A DNA stretch of 64,000 nt from Octopus sinensis. Its lineage: Eukaryota. The notes below the pieces were generated by a model. It was not told where the DNA came from. It did not search any database and was given only the letters and a program-made list of their open reading frames with translations. The translations under genes were made by a program, and so were the position numbers. The DNA lies in contig NC_043002.1 of the NCBI RefSeq assembly GCF_006345805.1, positions 88,536,001 through 88,600,000 of the forward strand, in the 5' to 3' direction. Position 1 is the stretch's first letter. Every line of letters begins with the position of its first letter. This document shows, piece after piece, positions 48,270-61,187 of this stretch.

Positions 48270-49766
48270 CTACCAAGTGTACCTGGTGTTGCCCAGGGCT
48301 GTTTGTTAAGTATGCCTGTTTGGTAATTAGACCATTCACGGATGCACCTCTGAACTGAATGAAAGAAATCATAATGGCAGATGTTGCCTGCATTGTTTTA
48401 TTTATTTAGCGCAATAGTGAACATGCAAGTCATACACCCACACCATTGTCATTGTTTTCCATTGGGACAGTAGATCAATCTGTAAAAAACTGGTAGTAAT
48501 TGAGTTCATTTTCCTTACCACATAACTGACATGTGCCGTTTAGCAGATGGAAAGGTTGAGTCTAAAGATATGACATAAAGAGAAATAGTATATTTACCTG
48601 CTGTTTCACTGGGTTGCACATACAATATTACCTGAATAAAAAAATTAGACATGTGGCCTGTGCAAAAAAGATGAAAAGTGTAGTATCTGTTGCCTACATC
48701 ACAATTGGGGATACTTAACGGAGAGCATGCTGTGAAGATTACACTAATGAAATAAATAAGGTGACAAGGGTATGATTACATGATGTTTTCCTGTTTGCCA
48801 CATAGACCAACATCCGTTGTTGTCTTTCCCCTGTAGTCTCTGTAGCGTGCACAGCAGCAGTTGCTGCAGCATCTCTTGTAAGCCAATCTTCACATTGTGC
48901 TGCAGTCTTTGCAACACATGCAACAGCAGTTGCTGCAGCATCTCTTGTAAGTCAATCTGCACATTGTGCTGCAGTCTCTGAAGCTCATGCAGCAGCAGAA
49001 GAGGAAGTATTTCTTGTTCGGCATGCTGAATATTGCTTGTTGCACAGCAATACGTGCTAACCAATCACAATGCTGCTCTTTCCTTTCCCTTCTTTGCACT
49101 GAAGCCATCCTAAGTGCATTGAGAGAGTTCCTCCTGGTAGTGTCCTCGGGAGATTCATTTGCACACATACATTTACTTTTCTTTGTAGCATTTGTTTGCT
49201 GACCTATATTGGATCTCTTGCATCGACGCATGGTTGTAAATTATCAGTTTACACAGTAGAAAAAGTTCTAAGTTAAAAGTGGTGAATGTGTAGCACCCAA
49301 AAAGTAGTAAAATGTAGCTGGCACAAATGTTAATCAAACAGACTGAATTAAGGATTTTTAATTTTGGGTAAGAGTTTTGAAGAGGCTAGTTTAAGTTGGA
49401 ATAATTATATGAAAAAGAGTGCTCATGTGAAAACAGAGGCAGATCATAACTCACTAAGGAATACTGCTGGCAGTACTGTGCAAGCAGTCAAAAAGAGCTC
49501 ACCACAGCTGACAAAGTAAAGTATTGATTTTTTCCAGCTGGGTGTGTGTCACATTTTTTCACTGGCTCAAGCCAAATCCTAGGTGAATTGAGAGTAGTCT
49601 ATTTATATTGGGGGAGCAGAATTTCAAGGCAAAAATTATAAGAAAAAGCATCCTAAGTCAAAGAGAGCACATATGTCAAATTTGGTGAAATTCAGTTGAA
49701 AAGTGAAGGAGAAGTGGTTCACACAATACACACACAGACAGACAACTTGCCTTTTAATATATAAGA
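48270..49766 (-). mobile_element. Internally deleted Helitron (5' TC, Rep N-terminal remnant, 3' hairpin plus GTAG)
   Basis: A|TC start at 49766; MRRCKRSNIG...ANESPE...-type N-terminus (49231); CCTGG-GCAACA-CCAGG hairpin about 10 nt before the end; 5' 200 bp duplicated at 49790-50003. Confidence 0.75.
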
Positions 49767-50100
49767 TAAAATGCATACCGTTGCATCTATGTGATGGGTT
49801 CAAATCCTAGGCGAACTGAGACTAGTTTATTTATGTTGGGGGCACAGAATTTCAAGGAGAAAGTTATAAGAAAAGGCGTCCTAAGTCAAAGAAAGCACGC
49901 ATGTCAAATTTGGTGAAATTCGGTGGAAAATTGTAGGAGCAGAAGTGATTCACACAACACACACACACACACACACAGACAACTTGCCTTTTAATATACA
50001 AGACAGATGTATGTATGTATGTATGTATGTATGTATGTATGTATGTATGTATGTGTCTATGTATATATGTATATATATCATCATTCATCATTCATTTAGC

Positions 50101-50138
<38 letters not shown>

Positions 50139-50158
50139 TATATATAATATATATATAT

Positions 50159-50229
<71 letters not shown>

Positions 50230-50426
50230 TATGTATGTATGTATGTATACACATACCCCACATATATGAAAGACATCTTTCAGTTTCTGCTCATCAAATT
50301 CACTGACAAAGATTTGATTAGCCATGGGCTACAGTAGAAAACGCCTACCAAAGGTGGCACACAATGGAACTAAACCTGAAAAGCCACATAGTTGGGAAGC
50401 AAACTCTGTGTGTGTGAGTGTGTGTG

Positions 50427-50481
<55 letters not shown>

Positions 50482-50989
50482 ACACAGGCATGTACACACA
50501 TTTTAAGACAGATAGACAGACAACCTGAGTGTCAGAGAGACAGACAGACAGACTGACTGTGTGACTGATAGATTAAGCCATGTGATGTTTCAATTGTCAA
50601 CCATACATTATTATTAAATCTGTAACTTAGGTCAACTCAGGTGTTTGTTTACAATGTATGTATGTATGTATGTATGTATGTATGTATGTATGTATGTATG
50701 TATTATGTATGTATGTATGAATATAATTTGAAAGTAACTCAGTCAAGGTAATTCAAAATCTGGGACAGTTAATCTAGTATTAATCTAGGATTTTATGTTT
50801 AGTTAACTACATATACTGAAATACCGACTTTAGAAGAAAATATATATATATATATATAAATTAGAAAAAAAAAACTCTCTTTGTGTCAGTGAATTTATAT
50901 ATATATATCTATCTATTATATTTTGTGAAATTTGATTTAGTATTTCTAAATTGAATTTTTCCCTGTAAGTTTGGAATAATATTTTGTCA

Positions 50990-52913
50990 TATTATTATTA
51001 TTATTCTATATTTAACTTTTGCTTTATGTCTGTACAAGTTGGCTCCAAGTCTCACCCAGAGACCTCAAGAGACAACAGGATGGAAGTTCACGTTGTTGTT
51101 ATGCCTAGTGTGCCATATATTTGGGTTTTTTTTTGGTGTTGTACTTGTAAATGTCTAATAAATAAATTTTTAAAAAAAAGTTTGTTTTAAACCTTGGGAT
51201 TACACAGAGAGTATTTTGCGTAGGATATGAGCAGTTCCCATGAGCACTATCATTTGAATTTCTGTCATTTTTGGGTTTCCTGGTATCTGAGTTAGGTAGC
51301 AATCAACCCCTTTCGCTATCATTCCCAGGGCACCTATGACAACAGGTATTGTTTTAGTCTTCAGGTTCCACATTTTGCTGATTTCTATTTCAACATCTTT
51401 ATATTTGCTCAGTTTTTGGTAGGTCTTGACAGATACGTTTATATCGATTGGGACAGTCATATCAATGAGGAGGCATGTTCTTTGTCTGAAGTCTTTCAAT
51501 ATGATGTCTGGCCTATTTGCATCTATCTTTCTGTCAGTTTGAATGGTGAAGTTCCAGAGGAGTGAGATGTGGTCATTTTCAAGCACTGGAGGTGGATTGT
51601 GTTCCCACCAGTTTTTTTCATGGGGCAAATCCAGGTTTTTGCAAATTACCCAGTGAATATATTGTGCAGCTCTATCATGCCTGTTGAGGTACTCTGTAGG
51701 CACTAGAAGACTGCATTTGGAGACAACATGATCAATGGTTTCATTTTGTTGTCGGCATACACGACATGTTGGGCTACTGCCGTTCTTTAATATGATGGCC
51801 TGGTAGTTTCTTGTTGGTAGGCATTGATCTTGAGCTGCTATGATAAACCCCTCTGTTTCAGATTTTAAGCTAGAGGCCATTAGCCATTGATGGGTCAGGG
51901 CTTTGTCAATATCTGCATTATTCACTCTCTTTGGGTATTTGCCATAGAGAGGTTTTTCTTGCCATTTATTATTCAGAATATCTAAGGCCGTAGTTTTGGC
52001 ACGGGTTTTCATGCGCCTAGCTTTTCTGTGCTTGTTTCTCGTATGTCTATCTCTAATTCCGAAATTTGTTGTATTCGGAATTCACTTAGATGTTCCTTTG
52101 CCTGTTTTGTTACTGAGTATGATGCTTTCTTGTTTTCGTGTCAGTGGCACATAAAATCACCCACTACACTCTCGGAGTGGTTGGCGTTAGGAAGGGCATC
52201 CAGCTGTAGAAACACTGCCAGATCTGACTGGCCTGGTGCAGCCTTCGGGCTCCCCAGACCCCAGTTGAACCGTCCAACCCATGCTAGCATGGAAAGCGGA
52301 CGTTAAACGATGATGATGATGATGATGATGTTTTGAGACAAGTTTTAACATCCAGTCCTCAGACTTTTTCAGGTAGGTGTCTAGGCCAATTGTAGCAATC
52401 TTCATTGTTATTGCCAGTTGTAAAAGACCACGGCCTCCCTCTTTTCTTGGCAGATAAAGTCGTTCTGTATCTGCCTTAGGGTGGTGCATTCTATGCATTG
52501 TCAACAGTTTTCGTATTTTTCTGTCGAGCTGACATATTTCAGTAATTGACCAGTTAATGATATTGAAACTGTAAGTCACGACTGGTATGGCTAATGCATT
52601 GATCGCTTCGATCCTGTTTCTTGCATTCAGCTCTGTCTTGAGTATTGCTCTTACTCTTCGATAACATTCTCTCCTGATCCTTTCCTTCATCTCTGAATGC
52701 CTTATTCTGTTCCCTTCAATTACCCCTAGATACTTGTAGCTCTCCGCTGGGTCTAGTTCTTTTATGACATTCTGCTGGTCATGGTTAACATTAGATGTTT
52801 CTGTCATTTTTCCTTTGATAAAGGTAGCTTTTGCACATTTATCGAGGCCGAATTGCATTCTGATGTCATCACTGAATTGTTTGACTATTGCTAGTAAGCC
52901 CTTGAGTTGTTGG

Positions 52914-52915
<2 letters not shown>
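50990..52915 (-). pseudogene. R4/Dong family 2, 5'-truncated (RT C-terminus, CCHC, RLE, 3' UTR), interrupted by an RTE tail
   Basis: MQFGLDKCA; YKYLGV; HPKADTERLYLPRKEGGRGL; ETEGFIIAAQDQCL; CRVCRQQNETIDHVVSKC; ANRPDIIL..IDMT; bounded by (TTA)n at both ends. Confidence 0.93.
52140..52329 (+). mobile_element. RTE 3' end with (GAT)n tail nested in the R4 ORF
   Basis: Removing it rejoins WMLKLVSK to HENKKASYS. Confidence 0.9.
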
Positions 52916-52961
<46 letters not shown>

Positions 52962-52962
52962 T

Positions 52963-53004
<42 letters not shown>

Positions 53005-53304
53005 GAGTAGATGAAACAGGGACAACTGAAGAAGGGGAATATTCCTTGTGTTGTATGTCTTATTTCTCTGTTTTTTTCATTGTTTGAAAAAAAGTTCGTT
53101 TCTATGTTTTTGTTTTTATGTTTTCGTTTCTTATTGTGTTCAACCTTTTTTGATGACCTGTACCCATATATGCATGTATATATATATACATATGTAGGTA
53201 TGTACATATATGTATGTATATATGCATATATTTATATATTATTTATATTATTATATGATCGAACGCCATGCATCCTTTACCAAGTATATATATATGTATA
53301 TATA

Positions 53305-53625
53305 TATATCACTTTGATCACCTTGACTGACCAGTTCGTCAGGCGTCCATTTGACACTGTTGGTCACAGCACACTGTCCACTCCTCACTGGATTTTGCCT
53401 TCCTCATCCACGTTATCCCAATCGTCCTCCTGAAATCGTAACTCCACCGTCGTGGTCGTTTCTGCTCGTGTGGGTACCACTCGACAAGTGTGCGGGTCCA
53501 CCGATTATCGGTGAGCCGGGTGACGTGTCCAGCCCATCTAAACTTGCTGCGTGTATACTCTACGATGACATCCCTCACACCAGACTTCTTTCTGATGATC
53601 TCCATTTTGCTAACACAACTGCTTG
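53305..53625 (-). mobile_element. 3' end of a different RTE-clade LINE
   Basis: KFRWAGHVTRLTDNRWTRTLVEWYPHEQKRP..RW...W.R.A...EW. Confidence 0.8.
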
Positions 53626-53628
53626 AGC

Positions 53629-53677
<49 letters not shown>

Positions 53678-53914
53678 TATATATATTGATTTATATACTG
53701 TAATTTTCTTTTTAGATTATAATTCACCAAAAGAAACTTTCTTCTTAAATAGTTGTTATGTAATTCTTAATATGCATTGTTAGAGTTTTATTTGAGTTTT
53801 ACTTGAAAAATTGAACACTATCTTCTTGGATATTGAACCCCAATGAAGAAATGTTACATTGTGCCAGTGAAACCAGTTTTATTTCTGCTCTGTATCATAC
53901 TGTTGTTGTCCATG

Positions 53915-54500
53915 TCAAACTGGCAGAATCACTTGCAGATTGGAGAAAATGCTTAGCAGCATTTCTTCTGGTTCTTTACCTTCTGAGTTCAAATTCTGCT
54001 GAGGTTAGCTTTGTCTTTCATCATTTTAAGGTTGATATAACGAGCACCAGTTGAACACTGGAGTCAATGTGATCAACTTAAACCTTCCCACTAAAATTAC
54101 TGGCCTTGTTCCAAAATTTCACACCTTTGTTCTTATTAGCAAGGCAACAAGCTAGTAGAATCATTTGCACATCAGACATAATGGTTAGCAGAATTTCTTC
54201 TGGCTCTTTGTATTCTGGGTTCAAATACTGCTGAGGTCAACATTGCCTTTCATCCTTTCAGAGGTCAATAAAACAAGTACCATTTGAGCACTTGGGTCAA
54301 TGTAATTGACTAATCTCCAACCCTAAAAAAAATTTTTCATCTTGTGCCAAATTTTGAAACTATTATGTAGGCAGTGAATTTAACAGTCATTAGATAATTT
54401 GATAGAATACCTCATGGTATTTGTCTCAATTCTCTGAGTTCTGAGTTCAAATCTCACTGATGTAACTATACCTTTCATCCTTTCAGGGTTGATAAAATAG
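53915..54500 (+). mobile_element. Three tandem degenerate SINE family C copies
   Basis: Repeated GAGTTCAAAT..CTGAGGT.A.CTTTG.CTTTCATC at about 53985, 54215 and 54440. Confidence 0.75.
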
Positions 54501-54956
54501 AAACAAACCAAGGCGGTGGTTACAAGGGTGTCTTAGCAGCATTATAAGCCCCTAGACAAATCAGTTATCTAGATTCTATTGTATATATTTATTGACAGAA
54601 AGTCACAGCAATACATAGATCAGAACAGGCCCCTAGACCTATGAGGTCTTCAGGTTATTTTCCCATGTGTCCATATCTTAAGACAGCTCTGGGTGGATTA
54701 GCAAAACTGTCAGAGAGTTGGGTATGATGCCTTGAGTTCCAGCTCCTTGCATTCAGACAGTAATGCCTGCAATAAGATTGATGTCAAGTTGTATCAGCCC
54801 AATTTGATAACTTTCCTTTGAATAAATGTCATTAGTAGAGAGAGAAGACTTGCATGTATAGGCATCTGCCAGTCTTTCTTAAACAAAAATCATTCCCAAG
54901 CTTGTACATACATGTACAGATACATGATGAACATTGACCAACAGTGACCCTATATA

Positions 54957-55172
54957 CAAGGGAGTGCTGAAAGGTTTCTGACTTTGGATAAAAGAAAATA
55001 CAGAGGAATCGGTTAATAATGATTTTATTCAACATATTCCCTTCTCAGATTCACACACTTATTGCAGCAGTATTTCAGTTTTTCTAAGCCCTGTAAAAGA
55101 ACTCAGAAGGCTGAGCCTCCAGCCAGGTCTTCTGCAATACTCTTAAAACCAGGAACTTTTCAACACCCCTTG
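54957..55172. mobile_element. Mariner-type MITE, copy 2, with TA flanks
   Basis: TA|CAAGGGAGTGCTGAAAGG ... AACTTTTCAACACCCCTTG|TA. Confidence 0.83.
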
Positions 55173-55379
55173 TATATCATTTTATATTAGTTGTTGTGTA
55201 AATCCCATCAGTTCAGCTATGATGAAGTAGAACTATGGCATATATGTAGCTGGTCAAACGACTTGAGTGGTATCCCTTGCCACATATCCAGCACTCTACA
55301 TATAACATGGTTATTCCTACTAAGAACCACACTGCACATTCTGGTAGGCAGTGGTTTGTCATATGAGAGGCAGTAAGTC

Positions 55380-55672
55380 AGTTGCTTAGATCCAGATGTT
55401 CCAGTCATGTCCATCCTGTCTTTTACAGGAAGACCTTCCTATCTTCCTGTATTGGTCTGTATCGGACAACGAAAAACCTGGCTGATGACAGTCAAGGCTG
55501 ATCTAGAACCCAACCTATGGCATTCGCCGCTGGAATAAGGAGTGGTTGGAGATCACGCGGTCATTAGCCTCAAATCGCCAAGCCTGATCAGCGTTTGGGA
55601 GAGATGCAGCATTGAGGATGAATGAAGCCAGCTCAATGTACCCCGGGTGAATGCTGTAAGAAGAAGAAGAAA
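55380..55672 (+). mobile_element. Degenerate 3' end of a third RTE-like LINE with (AAG)n tail
   Basis: KTWLMTVKADLEP...WNKEWLEITRSLASNRQA*SAFGRD resembles RTE C-termini. Confidence 0.55.
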
Positions 55673-56125
55673 GTTGGTCTGTATCATTTAATTCTCTTTT
55701 GTGTTATTTTCAACTTGATAAGGTTTGATTTGAAGGAGATTTGGTTGCTATTTCTAGCAAGTTGAACAACCATGTAGATCGGGGTTATCAAACTGTTGTG
55801 GTGATAGACGTTCACACCCCTGCGTGATTAAAAGGTGGACCCATCAAAGTCTTAGAAAGTGTAACATGTCTTGTTGAGAAAGTGAAAGGTGTTGGAGTCT
55901 TGTGTGTTGCTAATCAAAAGTTATGTCTGTGAATGCATTGCTCTACCCCTGCTTCATTAAAATCCAATATCTACAACTAAGAATATAAAAGTGGTGACAA
56001 GATATTCAAAGTTTATGTCAGACAGTGAAATCTTTGGTATGAAACCAAAGAAAAAAATTGTTAACATGGAGGATTTGTTGGCCCACATGGAGCAGTTGCA
56101 ATAGTAACAGCAGCAGCAGCAGCAT

Positions 56126-56395
56126 GAGCGAAAACACCTAAAGCTCCACGAGGCTCCGGCAAGGGGTGGGGCGACCCCTGTTGTACTCTTTCACCCCAAC
56201 TTTCTCTCACACTTTCTTCCTGTTTCTTGTCCCCAACTTCCTACGCAACCGCTGAGCCTGGATGCGCATTCATCCACCCGTCAATGCTCTCGGTGTTGGG
56301 GGTTGACCTGCTTTCTCTTCTGTGGGTCTTACGAATAGCAAAGGACCACGTTTCAGACTTCTCCCATCTTGCGACCTCTGGGACGAAGATCTTTT
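56126..56395 (+). mobile_element. 5'-truncated SINE sharing the A/B central domain, with a third tail type
   Basis: GAGCGAAAACACCTAAAGCTCCACGAGGCTCCGGCA...CAACTTTCTCTCAC followed by an unrelated tail. Confidence 0.75.
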
Positions 56396-56640
56396 GCTCA
56401 ATAGCAACAGTAACAGCAGCAGCGGCAGCAACTGTACCAGCAACAATAACAACAACAACAGTTGCAGGAATTAATGTTGAAGAAGTCTGAAAGTACTTCA
56501 GAGTTGTTCATGACCAGATGCCATGGCGAACTCGGTTGGAGAGTTTATTTATAATAATTGAGGAAGGTGTTACTTTCTCTGTATATTTTCAAAGATACAA
56601 AACATCCTGGATAATGTAGATGATTCTTCTCAAAGATTAA

Positions 56641-56860
56641 CCCTTTCATTACTGTATTTATTTTGAGACACTCTGTTTCTTTCAATCATTTTTAAATATA
56701 ACAAAGAATTTAGTAAAATAACTAAGTTATCATTAAGCTAGTGTTAGGAACATAAATTGTGACTAAGGTTTGGTGGAAGATTTTAATTCAAAACTTATGA
56801 AAACAAAACATTTGTACTACTGGGCCAGAGCCGGTTTTGGACGGGTTGGTAACGAAAGGG
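56641..56860. mobile_element. piggyBac-type MITE (220 bp)
   Basis: TTAA|CCCTTTCATTAC ... GTAACGAAAGGG|TAAA. Confidence 0.72.
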
Positions 56861-57414
56861 TAAATTTAGAAATGCAGTGACTAAAACTGTGCAAGTTGGA
56901 GCTTACTATCACAATAAACAGCACCATTAAAAGCTCCAATTGGTCTTTCTTCCGATGGTGGTGGTCATTGTCATTGTCATTTTGTAGTCATCATCGTTGT
57001 CATCACCATCAGGTGTGTGGATGTGTTTGTGCATGCATGCATGTGTGTGTGTGCATGTATAGCTGTGAAGTGAGTTATCGCTGTGGTCTTTGTAGTTCGT
57101 TGTGATTTGTTGTGAATTGAATGGGTTTTGACCAAAATAGAACAGCTATAATCCGTTAAGGATCTAATGCACTATATATAGACCGGTATTGTTGTGTCTT
57201 TGCATTGGCTATACATAGTGGTAATTAGTATTCTCTGTCTGTTTGTGGATTTTTTTGATATTTGTACAATGTCTTTATATGTTGAGATTTACTCTTTAAT
57301 CTCTTACTCTTTTACTTATTTCAGCCATTTGACTGCAGCCATGCTGGAGCACCGCCTTTTAGTCAAGCAAATCGATCACAGGACTTATTCTTTGTAAACC
57401 TAGTGGAGCAGAAA

Positions 57415-57960
57415 TGGCACGAGACCAGGGTGTTGTTGCCGAGTCTGATGTCTCGGAGGTGTTCCATGAACCAGTCAGCCAAGTGGTGTCCCGTTTGATC
57501 GAGGTATAAAGAAGGACAGAGAGAGAAGGAAATGCAGTAGATGATGTTGCTAGAAGTGCAGGTAAAGAAGTCAGTGATATGATAGGGTCAATGATGGGTA
57601 CCTGTGAGGAGGGAGGTTTGGAGAGGTAAGGGCAAGTGTGACAGCATGGGCAGGAGCAGGGGAACGGACTGGGTTGGGAGGTTGGGTTAGGGAAGAAGCT
57701 GTGGACCAAAAGGTCTTGTAGGTTGTGGGTTCATTTGAAGGAGGGGAGGGGTCAGTTAGGGAAGATGGAGGGGAGGGGTCAGTTAGAGAAGATAGAGTGG
57801 AGGGGTCGGACTGGAGTCATTGGAAGGCTCAGAGAATGGTGCATTGGAAAGGTAGGGTGGTGGGTGGTAAGTGAGGGGAAATGAGAGAATGGTGATGGCG
57901 GGGTGGATGCAGGGGAGAGAGCAGATGCACAGTCCATGGAACGTGCACTGGCAAGGGCAA
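57415..57960 (-). pseudogene. Second Penelope-like lineage: linker plus GIY-YIG remnant
   Basis: Across frames: LTTHHPT, LQSDPST, DLLVHS, FPCSCPCCHTCPY, FTCTSSNIIYCISFSLCPSLYLDQTGHHLADWFMEHLRDI...VSCHF. Confidence 0.8.
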
Positions 57961-58005
57961 TATATATATATATATATATATCTATATATATATATATATA
58001 TAATA

Positions 58006-58041
<36 letters not shown>

Positions 58042-58052
58042 AATAAGTATAT

Positions 58053-58355
58053 GGAGGCGCAATGGCCCAGTGGTTAGGGCAGCGGACTCGCAGTTGTATG
58101 ATCGCGGTTTCAATTCCCAGATCGGGCGTTCTGAGTGTTTATTGAGCAAAAACACCTAAAGCTCCACGAGGCTCCGGCAGGGGTGGAGTGGTGGCGATCC
58201 CTGCTGTACTCTTTCGCCACAACTTTCTCTCACTCTTTCTTCTGTTGCCTGCTCGCTTATCCAGCAGGGTGGCGTCACTTGAAGGCTAAAACAATGCAAA
58301 GAGCATTGTGACAAGCGATGTATAGCAACATCTGATAGCCTGGTCGGTCACGGTG
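58053..58355 (+). mobile_element. tRNA-derived SINE, family A
   Basis: TGGCCCAGTGG A box, GTTTCAATTCCC B box; homologous to 7857-8167. Confidence 0.9.
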
Positions 58356-58356
58356 T

Positions 58357-58985
<629 letters not shown>

Positions 58986-59665
58986 ATGGGACATAATTCA
59001 TAACTTTCTTAATGCGAATATGACCTGAAGAGATACATGGGGAGAAAGGAAACACAAACATAGCATCACAAATATATTTCATTCCTTAGTCATATTCAAA
59101 ATCAAACCCTCAAAAGATATTTCTTTCTTCTCTTTTTCTTCCCCACCCCCTAAAAATTACTTCACATAGCTCTTGCGTATTCTGTAAATAACTTAAATGA
59201 TTTCCCACACTTTATTATTATTTCATCTAAATCATATTTTTCCATTATTTTCCCAAGGAGTTTTTTTCTTTTTCTTTTTTTTTTTTTTTTTTTTTTTCCA
59301 TTTGTAACACTTGAAAGCATTTAACATTTCAAAAGCCCGAAAGTAACAGAAAATTTCTGACAAAATATAGCAAGAATAATTGTTTCTGTGACTCCCAATT
59401 TCTGTACTTAATGCAGTTTCTGATTCAAACTTATTGTGAAAATCAAACATGTTTTCGTTATAAAACAAATTATAAAGCTCTTGGTTAGATGCTGTGATTT
59501 TAATGTTTTCCCTGTTGAAACAATATTATGGTAGATATTTCTGTCTCCAGTGATACAGCTCTTGACTGTGTGGGTGTATAAATATGTAAAACAAGTTTAG
59601 AATAAAACTAAAAATGGAGAGGAAACATGATAGAAGCTTAAATGTAGATGTATTGATTTGTTCAA

Positions 59666-59752
<87 letters not shown>

Positions 59753-59844
59753 ATATATATATATAATATATAATATATATATATATACATACATACATAT
59801 ATATATATACCATACATACATATATATACATATATATATATACA

Positions 59845-59944
<100 letters not shown>

Positions 59945-60120
59945 CTGAGAATTTACAAAAAAACAAAAGATGAAGATGGGTGAGTAAACAACAAACAAAT
60001 TTAATGGTTTCACGCTTGGGAAGTGAGAAAGTCTTTTATGTTTCAAGCCTACGCTCTTGCTTGAAAGAAACACAGAAATAAAAAGGGAGAAAAAGTAGAA
60101 AACGGTTTAGTGGCTAGCAA
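59945..60120 (-). repeat. PLE-type repeat (same family as 18240/22569 and 60830)
   Basis: AAGTCTTTTATGTTTCAAGCCTACGCTCTT shared motif. Confidence 0.65.
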
Positions 60121-60140
60121 TCTATATATATATATATATA

Positions 60141-60452
60141 ATTACAGCATGGAAGGTGTTTTTAAGCCATTTAAGAAACACACAAAAGCTGTTCGATTCA
60201 CTTCAACATTTAAGTTTAATTTGTCAAAATATTTTCGTCGCTTTAAGACCGTGACCTGTTCACCACTTCAACATTTAAGTTTAATTTGTCAAAATATTTT
60301 TGTCGCTTTAAGACCACGACCTGTTCACTGGAACAGGTCACGGTCTTAAAGCGACAAAAATATTTTGACAAATTAAACTTAAATGTTGAAGTGAATCGAA
60401 CGGCTTTTGTGTGTTTCTTAAATGGCTTACAAATACCCTCCACGCTGCAATT
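60141..60452. repeat. Long palindrome (about 120-bp arms) with an internal 67-bp direct duplication
   Basis: 60141-60263 is the near-perfect reverse complement of 60331-60452; 60264-60330 repeats the inner part of the left arm. Confidence 0.92.
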
Positions 60453-60557
60453 GTTTTCGTTTCAGCATACGATCTCAGATAAAATCACTTGCTATGCAAG
60501 TACATCTCTGTAATATATATATATATATATACACACATACACACATATATATACATA

Positions 60558-60658
<101 letters not shown>

Positions 60659-60786
60659 GTAAAAAATATATACAAACTGGGACAAGAACGTGAAACACCT
60701 AGAAGACGACAAAAGAACAACAGGACGGGACATTCGAAGCCCTCAGTCATCAGTCAAGAACCGGATCATCTTTGCAATTTCGGCTG

Positions 60787-60829
<43 letters not shown>

Positions 60830-60995
60830 TTCTTTCTGTGTTTTTTTTCTCTCTGTGTATCTTTCTGTTGAAGAGCGTAGGCTCGAAACGTTAAAGACTT
60901 GTTTTATTTATATTTCCTGAGCGCCATACTAATACAATTGTTCGTTTGTTTTCCACCTGCCTTCGTCTTTTGTCTATTTTCATAAAGCTTCCCCC
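60830..60995 (+). repeat. PLE-type repeat with variant hammerhead motif at 60860-60897
   Basis: TCTTT CTGTTGA A GAGC GTAG GCTC GAAA CGTT AAAGA. Confidence 0.65.
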
Positions 60996-61014
60996 TATAT
61001 ATATATATATACAT

Positions 61015-61055
<41 letters not shown>

Positions 61056-61104
61056 TAATTACAAATATATACATACATGTAAACATAGAAAGATAGATAG
61101 ATAA

Positions 61105-61187
<83 letters not shown>

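Noticed and set aside
58990-59065. Strong minus-strand polypyrimidine tract plus CAG (possible splice acceptor at about 59018); also a possible 50-nt exon at 13591-13640
   Set aside because: No convincing donor/ORF combination or protein similarity; cannot be supported without RNA-seq.
59232-59468. 78-aa ORF with a protein-like middle section
   Set aside because: No recognisable motif, ends in a poly-T-derived lysine run, and lacks clear splice signals.
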